Of a stretch of DNA of 64,000 bases, positions 26,030 through 38,945 are shown in pieces. Origin of the DNA: Eledone cirrhosa (taxonomy: Eukaryota). Below the pieces are notes generated by a model. It was not told the origin of the DNA, ran no database searches, and worked only from the letters and a program-made list of their open reading frames with translations. The DNA lies in contig OZ024741.1 in assembly GCA_964016885.1 (NCBI GenBank), positions 295,306,001-295,370,000 of the forward strand. Reading direction: 5' to 3'. Positions within the stretch are counted from its first letter, which is position 1. Every line of letters begins with the position of its first letter. The position numbers were made by a program, and so were the translations under genes.

Positions 26030-27200
26030 TAGCCGTTGGAATAGGGAAAAAAAGAAAGAAAGAGAAAAAAAGAAAGAAAGAAAGTGAAAAACCTGAGTAT
26101 ATTTAAGTGAGAGAATAACGTAATTTTGAGAGAAGAGGCGAAGAAATGAATATAGCGTGAATGAATACCGTAGCATGGATAAACAATAAATAAAGCGTGG
26201 ATAAATAATAATATCCAGATTCACTATAATGATAAGTTGAAGAATTTTATCTAATGTTTAATTAATAAATTTGATTAAATGTTTAATTAATAATTTATCA
26301 ATTCAATCCATAGTTTAAATATTTAAATGTGTATGTTAGATTATTAAAATTGACACTATATATTATTAAAGAATATATATTATTAAAATATATATTATTA
26401 GAAAAATGTTATTATTACAAAACCATATATAATTTTATAAATTACTAATTAATTATTTTTAAAAAATGTGTAAGTTTAAAATATCCGAATATTTCTAAGC
26501 CCATGGAAATTCCGAGAGTTTACAGAGGAATAATCCCTTATTTGTAATAGCAGTAGAGCGTAAAGGAAATTGCTAGTAATTTATTAATAATTTAGATAGC
26601 TCTATGGATTAAATGCTATAAAGTTAAGTTGTTAAAAAATTAAATTTTCCATCTTAATAATATAATTAGAGTATGAATCTTATGTTATTTTATAGTAAGT
26701 TATAATTTTATAAATTTATAAATCTACCTGTTATACAGTTATGCTTGTTAAAACATAAATTTGTTTTCTATAACGTCTAAAATCTTTTCGTCGGAATATA
26801 TCTAAAGCATAAACCATAAAAAAAACTTTTTCATAAGAGTATATCTATAGAATATATTTAAAGTATAAATTCCATATATATGTAAACATTTTGATTATAT
26901 ATATATATATATATATATATCAAGCATTTGAAAAATACATAAATATAAAATATACAATATAAAATATGAATTATAATTTTTAAAAATATAAGAATATAGA
27001 AAATAAAATACACAGTATAAAATATGAATTATGAATTATAATTTCCTTATACCCATCTTAGGAATTTTCAAAAAAATCCTTCTTCAAATCTTACAGTACG
27101 TTTATCAAGAAAAGTTTTTCGAGAAAAGATTTTCTTTAAGAGGGTTATAAGCAGTCATATGAAGGAATCTAATGAATTATCGATAGGTTTAATAAAGATG
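26030..27200. pseudogene. Highly degraded AT-rich RT relics, probably Penelope-like
   Basis: Minus *TLGISMG near 26510 and NLDIII near 26210; plus LRGYK near 27140. These are short motifs only. Confidence 0.3.
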
Positions 27201-27224
27201 AGTCATGTATTACATTTTATATAT

Positions 27225-27520
27225 ATATTTAAACGTTGAGCTCAATCTATGTTTGCAAGAACTGAAAAGATTATTCCTTAAATTAACAGAATTCTTACTT
27301 TTTAATATAAAGAATATTTCCTCTATACAAAGAGCACAATTTTCAGAAGAAGCATTGAATGGAGGAGCTTTGGAGATAATATTCCAAAGTAAAGAATAGT
27401 TGGTGTTCTTTGATTATAGGTCCCATAGTAAATTAGATAGAGAAGTTGAAGATTTTTTATTTATATTCGTAAAAGAGCATTTATGGTTATTAAAACGGGA
27501 CTTAAAATCTGTGAATATTA
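27225..27520 (-). pseudogene. Penelope-like GIY-YIG C-terminus, third lineage
   Basis: FKSRFNNHKCSF...STSLSNLLWDL*...WNIISKAPPF...CALCIEE...NLRNNLFSSCKH, an architecture distinct from families 1 and 2. Confidence 0.7.
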
Positions 27521-27619
27521 TATGATTATTATAAAGAAAACGAAAAGTCAGTGATGCATCTGCACTTAATTTATTGGTACCATTATACACAACTATATAT
27601 ATATGAATATATATATATA

Positions 27620-27985
27620 TCATCATCATCATCATTTCATTTTACGTCCACTTTTCCCTGCTTGCAAGGATGGACGGGAACTGATTCTGGCTTGATTTCT
27701 ACAGCTGGATGCCCTTCCTAACACCAACCTCATTTACAGTGAGTGTTGGGTGCTTTTTTGCCGTGGCACCTCCACAGATACTTTGCAGTGGAATGATAAA
27801 AGACTAAAATCCAAAGAGGGCTCGATATATATCAAATATATAAGAACTGTAGAGCCAAATATATATATAATATAATATATATAACTCATTTCTACAGCTG
27901 AGTAAACTGGAGCAATGTGAAATAAAGTGTCACAACCTTTCGATTGCAAGGCCAATGCTCTAGCCACTAAGCCATGTGCCCCCAT
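27620..27985 (-). mobile_element. SINE family 1, interrupted
   Basis: Head at about 27980, (CAT)n tail at 27620; interrupted at about 27800-27880 by a repeat also seen at 28215-28260 and 53720-53790. Confidence 0.75.
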
Positions 27986-28014
27986 CTTGAATATATATAT
28001 ATATATATATAGTG

Positions 28015-28200
28015 ATTGTTTCTACGTTTAGCACAACGCCAGCAATTACCCAGTGCATTACTGGTACTTTATTTTATCGACCCCGTAAGGATGAAAGGCA
28101 AAGTTAACGTCGGCGTGATTTGAACTCAGAATGCCAAGGGCTGTAACTCTATGCGTCAAAGCATGGCTTCCGACCCTCTACCGATACTGCCAATCCAGCC
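28015..28200 (-). mobile_element. SINE family 2
   Basis: Near-identical to 12337-12527. Confidence 0.8.
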
Positions 28201-28260
28201 TTCATATATATATAGTAATAATAATAAATTTGAAGACTAAACTCCAAAGAGGGTTCGATA

Positions 28261-30243
28261 TGAGATCTCCCTTCTTTGGCACTGGGACGATGTTACTGAT
28301 CCTCCACTGATTCGGGGCAACTTCTTTCTCCAGTGCCCCGTTACAGAACCCCAGGATGATATCATCAAAATCACACCTCTTCATCACCTCTGATGCCACT
28401 CCATCTTCTCCATGAGCCTTGCCCTCCTTGATCCTCTTCTTGGCTTTCTGAAGCTCCTCTCTAGTGAAGGGCTCTGTTTCAACATCCAGTTCCTCAAGCA
28501 GCCGCCTGATCTCCCCAGTGCTCTGGGCTGTGGAGAGTGGCTCTCCTAGTAGGGTCCTAAAATGGTCTAGCCATTTCCTCTTCCTATCCTCGGGCCCCGT
28601 TCCATGGATCTGACTCGAACACCTTCTCTTCCTCCCTGTGATCTCGTTGATGATCATCCAGCTCTCCTTACATCCAGATCTGTCAACCGCTCTCTCCACA
28701 CTTCTGATCTTCTCTATCAGTGCCTCCTCTCTGACCTCAGTGTAAGCGATACAGAGCTCTTCCCCCATCACCTCCACAGTCTCCATCCTCTCCTCCGTAG
28801 GATCAGCATAGAATTGGTCGCTGGCAGCTTTCAGGTATTCTCTGGCTGCACACACTTTTGGGTTTGCAGAGCTGACATGCTTCCCTTTGTTCTTTTTCCT
28901 CGGCACCAGGGTTTCACTTGCTTCCGCCACTGCATTGGTGAAGTGCCCGTACCTCCTCGTCACACTCTCCTCAGTCCATCCAATCTCTCTCTCCTCTGAC
29001 TCTCCACACAGAGCACTAAACCTGTTTCTCACTTCCACTGTGAACCTCTCCTGTAGCTTATCATCCTGTAGCTTATTATCTTCCTTGAAAGCTCCCCAGT
29101 CATAGATTGTTCTCCGGGGCTGAGCCTTGCTCTTTCTTAAGCTCACGCGGACCTCACTCATAACAAGCCGGTGGTCACTACCCAGTGTACTGAAATAGCT
29201 GTATGGTTCCGTGTTCAGAACACTATTCCGCCACTTTTTCCTCACCAGAATGAAATCAATCTGGGACTTGGACAGGTGCATATCTGAGATGTAGGTCCAC
29301 ATCTTCCCCAGATTCTTCCTAAACCTTAGGTTGGTCGCCATCAAGTTCGCCTCCAGCAGGGTGTCTCTCAGTAGTCTTCCATTTCGGTTGGTGTTGTTAT
29401 GGAAGTACCAGCAAGGATCTTCACTGCCCTCCTTACTCAGATGTGCATTGAAGTCCCCCAAAACAAGCAGGATATTGTGTGCCTGAGTGGTGTTGACAGC
29501 TCTACACACCTCCTCATGGACTATAGGCTGAGATGACTGTCAGTCTTGGGTTTCCATTGAAGGTCACCCTCAACACTCACGGGGAGATAGGCATTATTTC
29601 CCTCACCAACAGATTGGTTTTTGCACTGAACACAAAACTCACTCCTCCTACTGCAGCATTTGTTGTGTTCTTCACTGCCGATGTAGTAATGAGCTGGCTC
29701 TTCTTCCCAAACATTACACTCCTCACAGGCTCATCGTGTAGAATCCTGTGTTCTTGGATCGCAAGTATCTGTATACCACTCTCCTCGAACAGATGTCCCA
29801 ACTCCTCTCTCTTCTCCAGCATCCGAATAGTCCTCACATTCAAAGTGCCCATTTTGATGGCTCTTCTGCAGGACAAAACTGCATTCTTTATATTTGTCTC
29901 AGAGACAGCTGATCCATCATCCACTGGCCCTCTTTGTGGCTCTAAGCCAGCAGAGTCATAACGACCAGGCTGCTCCTTGACAGTGTAATTAGGGGCTCTA
30001 ACCCTAGTAGTGTTAGATTGACTCTCCATATTTCTTTTCAATGGCTGACAATATCTTACCGGCGCCACTCGAATAAGGTAGTTATTTAACCCATAAATGG
30101 AGCCCTAACAGGTACTACCACCCCGGGCCAGGGCAGACCTGGGAGTCATGACAACTAAGGGGTAACTCCACATTCCCCACATCTCCTGAACTCCCGAACT
30201 GGAGCCTTGCCACTGGATGTAGTTTAATGTCATACCCAGGACA
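28261..30243 (-). mobile_element. RTE family C 5' portion (5'UTR, AP endonuclease, start of RT), inverted
   Basis: GTLNVRT, LAIQEHR, LGDFNAH, IDFILV and SDHRLV (APE), continuing to VPVPKKGDL. Confidence 0.92.
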
Positions 30244-31362
30244 AGTGCCTTCCTGCGGTCACGGTTTTCATTGACTTTAGGAAGGCCTTTGATTCTGTGG
30301 ACCGTTACTGCCTGATGAAGATCTTACAGGCTTATGGAATCCCCAAGAGGATAGTGGACCTGATATCACTGCTCTACACCAACACCAAAGCCCAAGTCAT
30401 TACACCTAATGGGATGACAGAGTTCTTTGAGATACTGGCTGGAGTGCTCCAGGGAGATACATTGGCTCCCTACCTTTTTATCATCGTAGTGGACTATTGT
30501 ATGCGCCTTGCACTGGAGAAACACCAGGACTCTGGCTTTACTGTAGCACCGGCTCAGAGCAGGAGAGTTAGGGCGAAAAAGGTATCGGATGCTGAATTTG
30601 CCGACGACATAGTTTTGGTGACAAATACAGTGAAGGAGGCAGAGGATTTGATGCGGGAGGTTGAGACTGTGTCGATGAGTGTGGGGCTGAGAATGAATGA
30701 GACTAAAACAAAATATCTGGTAGAGAATGTTGAGAAGCCAGAGGGGATCACTAATGTAGGCGGGAAGCCGCTGGAATTGGTTGAGGACTTCCTGTATTTG
30801 GGAGCAAAGATTGGGAATACGGAAGATGATGTGGTTGAGAGGAAGAGCAAGGCCTGGGCGGCGTGCCACAGCTTGAGATCGGTGTGGAAGTCGGACCTTC
30901 GTAGAGACCTGAAAATCCGCCTCTTCATTGCTGTAGTGGAGTCTGTGCTGCTGTATGGGTCTGAGACTTGGACACTGACCAAGAAACTCACTCAGATGGT
31001 GGATGGGTGCTACACGAGAATGCTGAGGATGGCTCTGAACATTAATCAGTATACACTGAGGATAAAAAACTCAGAGCTGTATGGGAGCATCCCAAAAGTC
31101 AGCTCAAAAGTGACACAGAGGAGACTGAGGTTAGCTGGACATGCTCACCGACATCCAGAGTTGACATTGCACTCAGTACTCCTTTGGGAGCCCCTACATG
31201 GACACACTAGAAGTGGAAGACCAAGGTTAACGTATGTTGATGCCCTAAGGACAGACACTGGTCTGTTGGAGATGCAGGACATGGCAGCGATAATGAGGGA
31301 CAGAGACCGCTGGAGAGAACTCGTCCATGGATCTCGGGAATTTTACCCGCCTTAGATAGATA
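30243..31362 (+). mobile_element. RTE family C 3' portion (RT core to end)
   Basis: FIDFRKAFDSV, GVLQGDTLAPYLF, FADD and FLYLG; (TAGA)n tail after the stop at 31355. Confidence 0.95.
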
Positions 31363-31381
31363 TATAATAAATCATTTGGGA

Positions 31382-31777
31382 ATCATTTCTCTGTTTTTAG
31401 CCTAAGAAAATATCTATATGCGTGTGTAAATAATTACATGCATGCATTTATTTTTTTTAATTAATTGAGTTCTTAATACGCGAAATTAATATTGCTTTTG
31501 AAATAACTAATTAACTCGCGTGTATTAAATATTTTACTCTTAATTTGGCCAGAGATTTACATTCCCAAATGCCTTTTAAAGCGGAACTTTCCGTATTTAT
31601 TACAGTTATGAGATGTGATTGTTTTTAGGTATCATTTCTCTGTTTTTAGCCTAAGAAAATATCTATATGCGTGTGTAATTAATACACGCATACATTTATT
31701 TTTTAAAAATTAATTGAGTTCTTAACACGCAGGATTGATAATGTTTTTGAAAAAACTAATTAACCGACGTGTATATT
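31382..31777. repeat. Direct repeat pair (~150 bp, period ~249)
   Basis: atcatttctctgtttttagcctaagaaaatatctatatgcgtgtgtaa starts at 31382 and again at 31631. Confidence 0.85.
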
Positions 31778-32270
31778 ATTTTACTTTTCTCGTGAATCGT
31801 GGTTGTCTCCCTTTTCCGCTTCGTGACGCTATGATACTTCCTCAGTCAAAAGACTGCTGGAATTTCAAATTTGGCGGTCATTCAATGCGTGAAGGAACAA
31901 CTTAGCCGACACGAAAATTAACTGTGGTAAGGAATTTTTTCTTATATCAAAGTTTAATGGGCTTCCACTGACGATTTATAACTGCCCACCTAAATATTTT
32001 CTTACATGAAAATATGTTAGGCTTCTACATAAACTGGAAACATTCTCCAAACTTGTAGAAAACTTATAATGAAACAATTGTTTGGAAAGAGAGATATATT
32101 TTAACTTTAATTATATCTCATATAAAATAATACAACTGGCTTCCAACAAAATACATTTAGTTAGCACCCCAAACACTTAAATTGGGTTTAAACTAACGTA
32201 TAACCTAATGTTTGTTGAGTGAGATGGTTACCAGTCGGAGTTTAGCTTAAAGCTATCTCTGTTATTGTAT

Positions 32271-32309
<39 letters not shown>

Positions 32310-32316
32310 AATATAT

Positions 32317-34560
32317 CATCATCATCATCATCATCAGGTTTAGCGTCCGTGTTCCACGCTTGCATGGGTTTGGACGGGGGTTTTCCCACTTGAGGCAAGA
32401 GTGGTTGTCTTGCTCGCATAGGACTGTCTGGCGGGTTTTCTACAGTTGGATGCCCTTCCTAACACCAACCACATTTACAGTGTGGGGCTGGGAGGTTTTT
32501 ACCGTGTTGCCTACACGGCCACATTACAGTGTGGACTGTCTGGCGGGTTTTCTACAGCTGGATGCCCTTCCTAACACCAACCACATTTACAGTGTGGGGC
32601 TGGGAGGTTTTTACCGTGTTGCCTACACGGCCACATTTACAGCGTGGACTGTGTGTTTTTTGTCGTGACACCTACACGATCTCATTTGTTTCGGCCTGGA
32701 TGTTGTGGGACCAACATAACTGTACATTGAAAGGGGCGGTGTGGATGGGGTGGAGGTGGTGGAACGGGGGGGTGTTTTGATAGAGATGCCTACTGACTGT
32801 AGTAGGTTTTTACTTTGTATTTAGGTAAGGCGGGTCTTCTCTATTACTGAGTACCGCCAAAGGTCTCGGTCCAGTGACATTGTCTTGGAGAGGTGTAAGC
32901 GTGTGAGGTCCGAATTTATCAGCTCGTCCCATGTTTTCTGGGTCTGCCTACTCCGTGGCTACCGTCTATCTTTATTGCCCTGCACTTTGTTATACAGCTG
33001 TCGTCTTTCATGCGCATCACGTGACCGTACCAACGTAGCCTTCTCTCGAGTAAACAACATCTGATCCCTCTTATTTCTAATTTTTTCCTTAGTTCGTTTA
33101 TGCTTTGCCGTTCACGTATATTACTATTGCACATCCAGCGGAGCATGCAAGCTTCGTTCCTCTCTAGTCTGCATATATCCTCTGCACACAATGCCCAGGT
33201 CTCACTGCCATGCAGCATTGCTGTTCGTATGCAGGCATCGTATAACCTGCCTTTCATTTTTAGGGAGAACCCTCTAGCGGCTAATAGTGGTATAAGCTCT
33301 CTGAACTTTTTCCATCCAGTTCTGACTCTAGCTACTGTACTTTCAGAGCACCCTCCCCCACTGCTGATTTTGTCACCCAGGTAGCGGAAGGTGTCCACTA
33401 TTTCTATAGAACCCTCTGCGCAGTTGAAGGAGCTAGTATTTTGTGGGCACTTGCTGCTACTTATTGCACCAGAGCACCGGCCACATGTAAAATCTATGTT
33501 CTTAGTTAGCTTACCTGTGATCCCACTACATCTTTTATGCACCCATACTTTGCATTTGGGACATAAAATGGAGTTTCTACCTACGCCTTTCCTACACACT
33601 GAGCATGGCCATTTCCCAGATGGGACTGCCGCCTTATTTTCTTTCCTACAAACTAGAACTTTAGTCTTAGCCACGTTAATTTTAAGGCCTTTTGATTCTA
33701 GGCCGTGCTTCCATGTTTGGAATTTCTTCTCTAGTTCGGTCATTGATTCAGCTATGAGCGTTAGATCATCTGCGTATAGGAGTTCCCATGGGCAGCCGGT
33801 CTTGAACTCCTCTGTTATAGCCTGAACGGCAATAATAAATAGTAGGGGGCTAAGAACAGAGCCCTGATGGACACCAACTTTTACGCTAAACTCTTCACTA
33901 TATTCATTGTTAATTCTAACCTTACTGACTGTTTCTTTATACATGGCTTGTATAGCTCTCACAAGCCATTCGTCAACACCTCGTTTTCTAAGAGACCACC
34001 AGATAATGGAACGGGGGACTCTGTCGAAGGCTTTCTCCAAGTCGACGAAAGCTAAGTATAGGGGTTTACTTTTAGCTAGGTACTTCTCCTGTAGTTGTCG
34101 TACAATGAAAAGAGCGTCTGTGGTACTTTTGCCTGACACAAATCCGAACTGCATTTTATCTAGATCAATTCTCTCTCTGATTAGTTGCGCTATTACTTTT
34201 TCCGTGACCTTCATGACCTGGTCGATTAATTTAATGCCTCTATAGTTACTCCTATCTAGGGCATCTCCTTTTCCCTTATAGCAGTTAACGATGATGCTGC
34301 TACGCCAGTCCTTCGGAACAACCCCATTCTGTACGACTTGGTTAACTATCCGGGTGACCATGGTGTGTCCCACCGAACCAGATGCCTTCAGCATCTCAGC
34401 AACTATTTCCGAAGGACCAGCCGCCTTACCCGTCTTCATATCTTTGATTGCCTTGCTTATTGTACTACCCTGGACTAACACTGCTGGTCCCTCTATTGGG
34501 TCGATGTGGGGGAGACTGTCTTTCTCCCATTTGTTCTCCTCATTTAGAAGCCTTTCGTAT
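32317..34560 (-). mobile_element. RTE family A, longest copy (near-complete RT with PHD insertion)
   Basis: ORF 32919..34481 (520 aa) with KAAGPSE, YKGKGD, NYRGIKL, YADD, PHD and FRYLG; ~110-bp internal duplication in the 3'UTR at 32420-32640. Confidence 0.95.
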
Positions 34561-34603
34561 ATATATATATATATAATAAATATATAATATATATATATAA
34601 TAA

Positions 34604-34637
<34 letters not shown>

Positions 34638-34641
34638 ATAA

Positions 34642-34719
<78 letters not shown>

Positions 34720-34733
34720 AATATATATATATA

Positions 34734-34804
<71 letters not shown>

Positions 34805-34814
34805 TCATATTAAG

Positions 34815-35287
34815 GATACTGTTATACTTTGGAAGGGTCATGTTGCCAATAAGAAACACACGCACCAGTTGCTTTCACTTCAATTTATTATATATTTATA
34901 AATTTATAAATTTACAAATCTACAAATTTATAAATTTCTGGTTGGTTGGTTGGTTCCACAACCAGATAGTTGTTTATATATAGTCATAGTCCTTTCGTCA
35001 CACACTCTGTGACCTCTTCAGTGACTGGGGATTCCTTTCTTTGTTTCTGTGCCTTTCCTTTCTTCTGTCCTACGCCATTTTGTTTCTGTGTGTGTGTTGT
35101 GTGCTCAGTTTGCGCATGCGCCACATCCGGGTGTCTGTGTGTGTTTGTGTTCATTTATCTATTTATTTATTTATTTACATGTTATTGGTTGGTTGTTTGT
35201 TGTATGTGTGTGTGTGTTTTCATTTTGTCCTTAATTGTAAGTTGTGATGTTGCTGTTCCACTCATATTTTCTATTTAATTTTGGTTA
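34815..35287 (-). mobile_element. Solo Penelope family 1 pLTR
   Basis: Near-identical to 21445-21915. Confidence 0.88.
34982..35026 (-). ncRNA. Minimal type I hammerhead ribozyme (family A)
   Basis: Identical to 21611-21655. Confidence 0.85.
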
Positions 35288-35439
35288 AGGATACTATTTA
35301 TGGTTATGTATATACTAAAACTTTTTATAGTTATGTATATTTTAAACCCTAAACAGTAAAGGTCAGTAATTTATTACTACCTAATTACCAGTAAGATAAA
35401 TAGCTCAATGTAATAACATCAGTTGTTCTACAGAGCAGT

Positions 35440-35921
35440 TATATAGAATTCACAAGAATGAAAGCTATGTTCAAAGCATTTATTCACTTACAATTGTTTT
35501 ATCGAAATCTAGGCTTGGAGTCTTCGGAGCATTTTTCAATGTTTGTACACATAATTGACCTCCTTTCCAACGCAAGAGACATACAGATACATATATACTA
35601 ACTACTACATCTGACTAACAAACTATCCTCTTGCATTATCTGTGTTAACTGCCGAATGTATTTTAATTTTGTTTTAATTTTAATTTTGATTTTGATTTTG
35701 AATTTGAATTGCTATACATAATTAATATAGTATAATATATGTCACTCCACTGTACATCAATATATATATATGTATCTGTATGTCTCTTGCATTGGAAAGG
35801 GGGTCAATTATGTGTACAAACATTGAAAAATGCTCTGAAGATCCCAATCCTAGGTTTGGATGAAACAATTGTAAGTGAATAAATGCTTTGAACATAGCTT
35901 TGATTCTTGTGAATTCTATAT
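35440..35921. repeat. ~155-bp inverted repeat pair with hammerhead-like motif (family E)
   Basis: Arms 35440-35597 and 35764-35921; plus 35831-35877 reads tgct-CTGAAGA-imperfect stem II-GAAA-caattg-TA-agtg. Confidence 0.7.
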
Positions 35922-35966
35922 AAATATATATAACTATATATATATCAATCTATATATATATACCAA

Positions 35967-36880
35967 TCTCTGGGAGGGCCCTGTAGAAACAGTAGACAGC
36001 TTCTGCTACCTAGGTGACCGAATTAGCAACGGAGGTGGGTGCTCAGAAAGTACAATAACTAGGGTAAGAACGGGATGGAAGAAGTTTAGGGAACTACTAC
36101 CACTGCTAGCTGCAAAAGGCTTCTCCCTCAGAATGAAAGGCAGACTGTATGATGCGTGTATCCGAACAGCGATGTTGCATGGTAGTGAGACCTGGGCGCT
36201 GAAGGTGGAAGACTTACGTAGATTAGAGAGAAATGAAGCCTGCATGCTCCGATGGATGTGTAACAGTAATATACGTGAACGACAAAGCATAAAGGAATTG
36301 AGAGAGAGACTGAGCATAAGAGGAATCAAATGCTGCGTGCAGGAGAGGCGGTTACGCTGGTATGGACATGTGATGCGTATGAAGGATGACAGCTGCATAA
36401 AAAGGTGCAGAGCACTAGAAGTTGATGGAAACCGCGGAGTGGGGAGACCCAAGATGACTTGGGATGAGGTGATAAAAGCCGACCTTACCCAACTACACCT
36501 CTCAAAGTCAATGACACACGACCGTGACTTCTGGCGTCACGCAGTAATACAGGGTACCCGACCTCCCATGGGTACATGCTGAAGCATATAAACAATATGC
36601 CCCCCCCCCCACCGCAAGGTGGTCGTGGAGGTGCCACGGTAAAAAAGCACCCAGCCCACACTGTAAAGTGGACGTGTAGGCGCCACGAAAAAGCACCCAG
36701 CACTCACTGTAAATGAGGTTGGTGTTAGGAAGGGCATCCAGCTGTAGAAATCAAGCCAGATCAGTTCCTGTATGAGCAAGGCATGGTCAGCCGACCAGAC
36801 ACTGCCCACAACAGGACAACCCGTCTAACCCATGCTAGCGTGGAAGAACGGACGTAAAACGGTGATGATGATGATGATGA
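35967..36880 (+). mobile_element. RTE family B (relative of A), 3' fragment
   Basis: ORF 35875..36582 with [13 protein letters not shown] and RRLRWYGHVMR; distinct 3'UTR; (GAT)n tail. Confidence 0.92.
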
Positions 36881-36887
36881 TATATGA

Positions 36888-37902
36888 ATCATCATCATCA
36901 TCATCAACGTTTAACGTCCGTGTTCCACGCTTGCATGGGTTTGGACGGGGGTAGTCCCACTTGAGGCAAGAGTGATTGTCTTGCTCGCATAGGACTGTCT
37001 GGCAGGTTTTCTACAGTTGGATGCCCTTCGTAACACCAACCACATTTACAGTGTGGGTCTGGGAGGTTTTTACCGTGTTGCCTACACGGCCACATTACAG
37101 CGTGGACTGTGTGTTTTTTTGTCGTGACACCTACACGATCTCATTTGTTTCGGCCTCGATGGCGCGGCACCAACATAACTTTACATAGAACGGGGTGGTG
37201 TGGATGGGGTGGGGGTGGGGGTGGTGGGACGGGGTGTATTTTGTTAGAGATGCCTACTGGCTGGAGTAGGTTTTACTATATATTTAGGTAAGGCGGGTCT
37301 TCTCTGTTACTGAGTACCGCCAAAGGTCTCGGTCCAGTGACATTGTCTTGGAGAGGTGTAAGTGTGTGATGTTGGAGTTTATCAGCTCGTCCCAGGTTTT
37401 TCTAGGTCTGCCTATTCCGTGACTACCGTCTATCTTTATTGCCCTGCACTTTGTTATACAGCTATCGACTTTCATGCGCATCACGTGTCCATACCAACGT
37501 AGCCTTCTCTCGAGTAAACAACATCTGATCCCTCTTATCTCTAATTTTTTCCTTAGTTCGTTTATGCTTTGCCGTTCACGTATATTACTGTTACACATCC
37601 AGCGGAGCATGCAAGCTTCGTTCCTCTCTAGTCTGCGTATATCCTCTGCACACAATGCCCAGGTCTCACTGCCATGCAGCATTGCTGTTCGTATGCAGGC
37701 ATCGTACAACCTGCCTTTCATTTTTAGTGAGAACCCTTTAGCAGCTAATAGTGGTATAAGCTCTCTGAACTTTTTCCAACCAGTTCTGACTCTAGCTACA
37801 GTACTTTCAGAGCACCCTCCCCCACTGCTGATTTTATCGCCCAGGTAACGGAAGCTGTCCACTATTTCTATAGAACCCTCTGCGCAATTGAAAGAGCTAG
37901 TA
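36888..37902 (-). mobile_element. RTE family A 3' fragment, tail-to-tail with the preceding LINE
   Basis: ORF 37284..37862; (CAT)n tail at 36888. Confidence 0.92.
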
Positions 37903-38273
37903 TATAAATATATGAATATATATATGTATATATATATATGAATATATTTAATACATTAACAGAGAAAACTTTAAGCAATACTCCGACCGGCTTCCGTCTC
38001 ACTCAACAAACATTAGGATATACCTTAGTATAATCCCAATTATACGTTTGGGGTGCTAATATTCTGAATATGAATATATATATATTTGAATATATATATA
38101 CTGTATATGAATATGAATATATATATACTGTATATGAATATGAATATATATATATATATATATATATGTGTAAATGAAGTAATTCTGTCGGAAAAGTCCA
38201 GGAGAAAAGAGTGCTCTATGTAAGCAACAGAGCTTAATTATTATTATGTAATAAACAACATAAGGCAATTATT

Positions 38274-38329
38274 CCATTTACCAGTGGTTTCTTAAAAGCA
38301 AAAGGTTTTGCTTTCAATCCTCAGAATGA
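38274..38329 (-). ncRNA. Type I hammerhead ribozyme (family C)
   Basis: tcatt-CTGAGGA-ttgaaagcaa-aacctt-ttgcttttaa-GAAA-cc-act-gg-TA-aatgg. Confidence 0.85.
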
Positions 38330-38559
38330 AAAATTTGGATCTTAATAACAAAAAAAGCAAGCTATATGAAAGTGAGGCTGGAGAAGGAAGAAGGAAAGGA
38401 ATTGTATTTGAAAATTTTTTTTATGTGTGAGAGTGTGTGAATGCGTTGACTATTTCGTGCGTATGTATATGTGCTTTTGTGTGTGTTTCTTACTACGCTT
38501 GTCTGTCCAGTTTGCTGCCTTATGTAACGGTCTCAATATTTTTATAATATATATATATA

Positions 38560-38677
38560 TATTTTTTCTTATATTTATTTGCGTGTGTGAATATGTAGAG
38601 GAGTGCATTTATGTATGTGTATGCATGTACGTGTGTATATATGCTTGATTGTGTGAATGTATGTATGTATATATATG

Positions 38678-38728
<51 letters not shown>

Positions 38729-38777
38729 GTGTGGGTATGGCTATGTGTACGTATGTGTATGCGTGTACACACGCGCA

Positions 38778-38818
<41 letters not shown>

Positions 38819-38849
38819 ATATGTATGCGTGTGTATATGTGTGTGTGTA

Positions 38850-38884
<35 letters not shown>

Positions 38885-38903
38885 GCGTATGTGTGTGTAG
38901 ATA

Positions 38904-38945
<42 letters not shown>
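38560..38945. repeat. Compound (TA)/(TG) microsatellite
   Basis: Direct inspection. Confidence 0.9.

Noticed and set aside
27225-27520. Selenocysteine recoding in the third PLE lineage
   Set aside because: The in-frame stop seen is TAA, not TGA at a Cys position, and no SECIS was identified.
28604-34587. Antisense ORFs overlapping LINEs
   Set aside because: They are shadows of the RT/APE reading frames.
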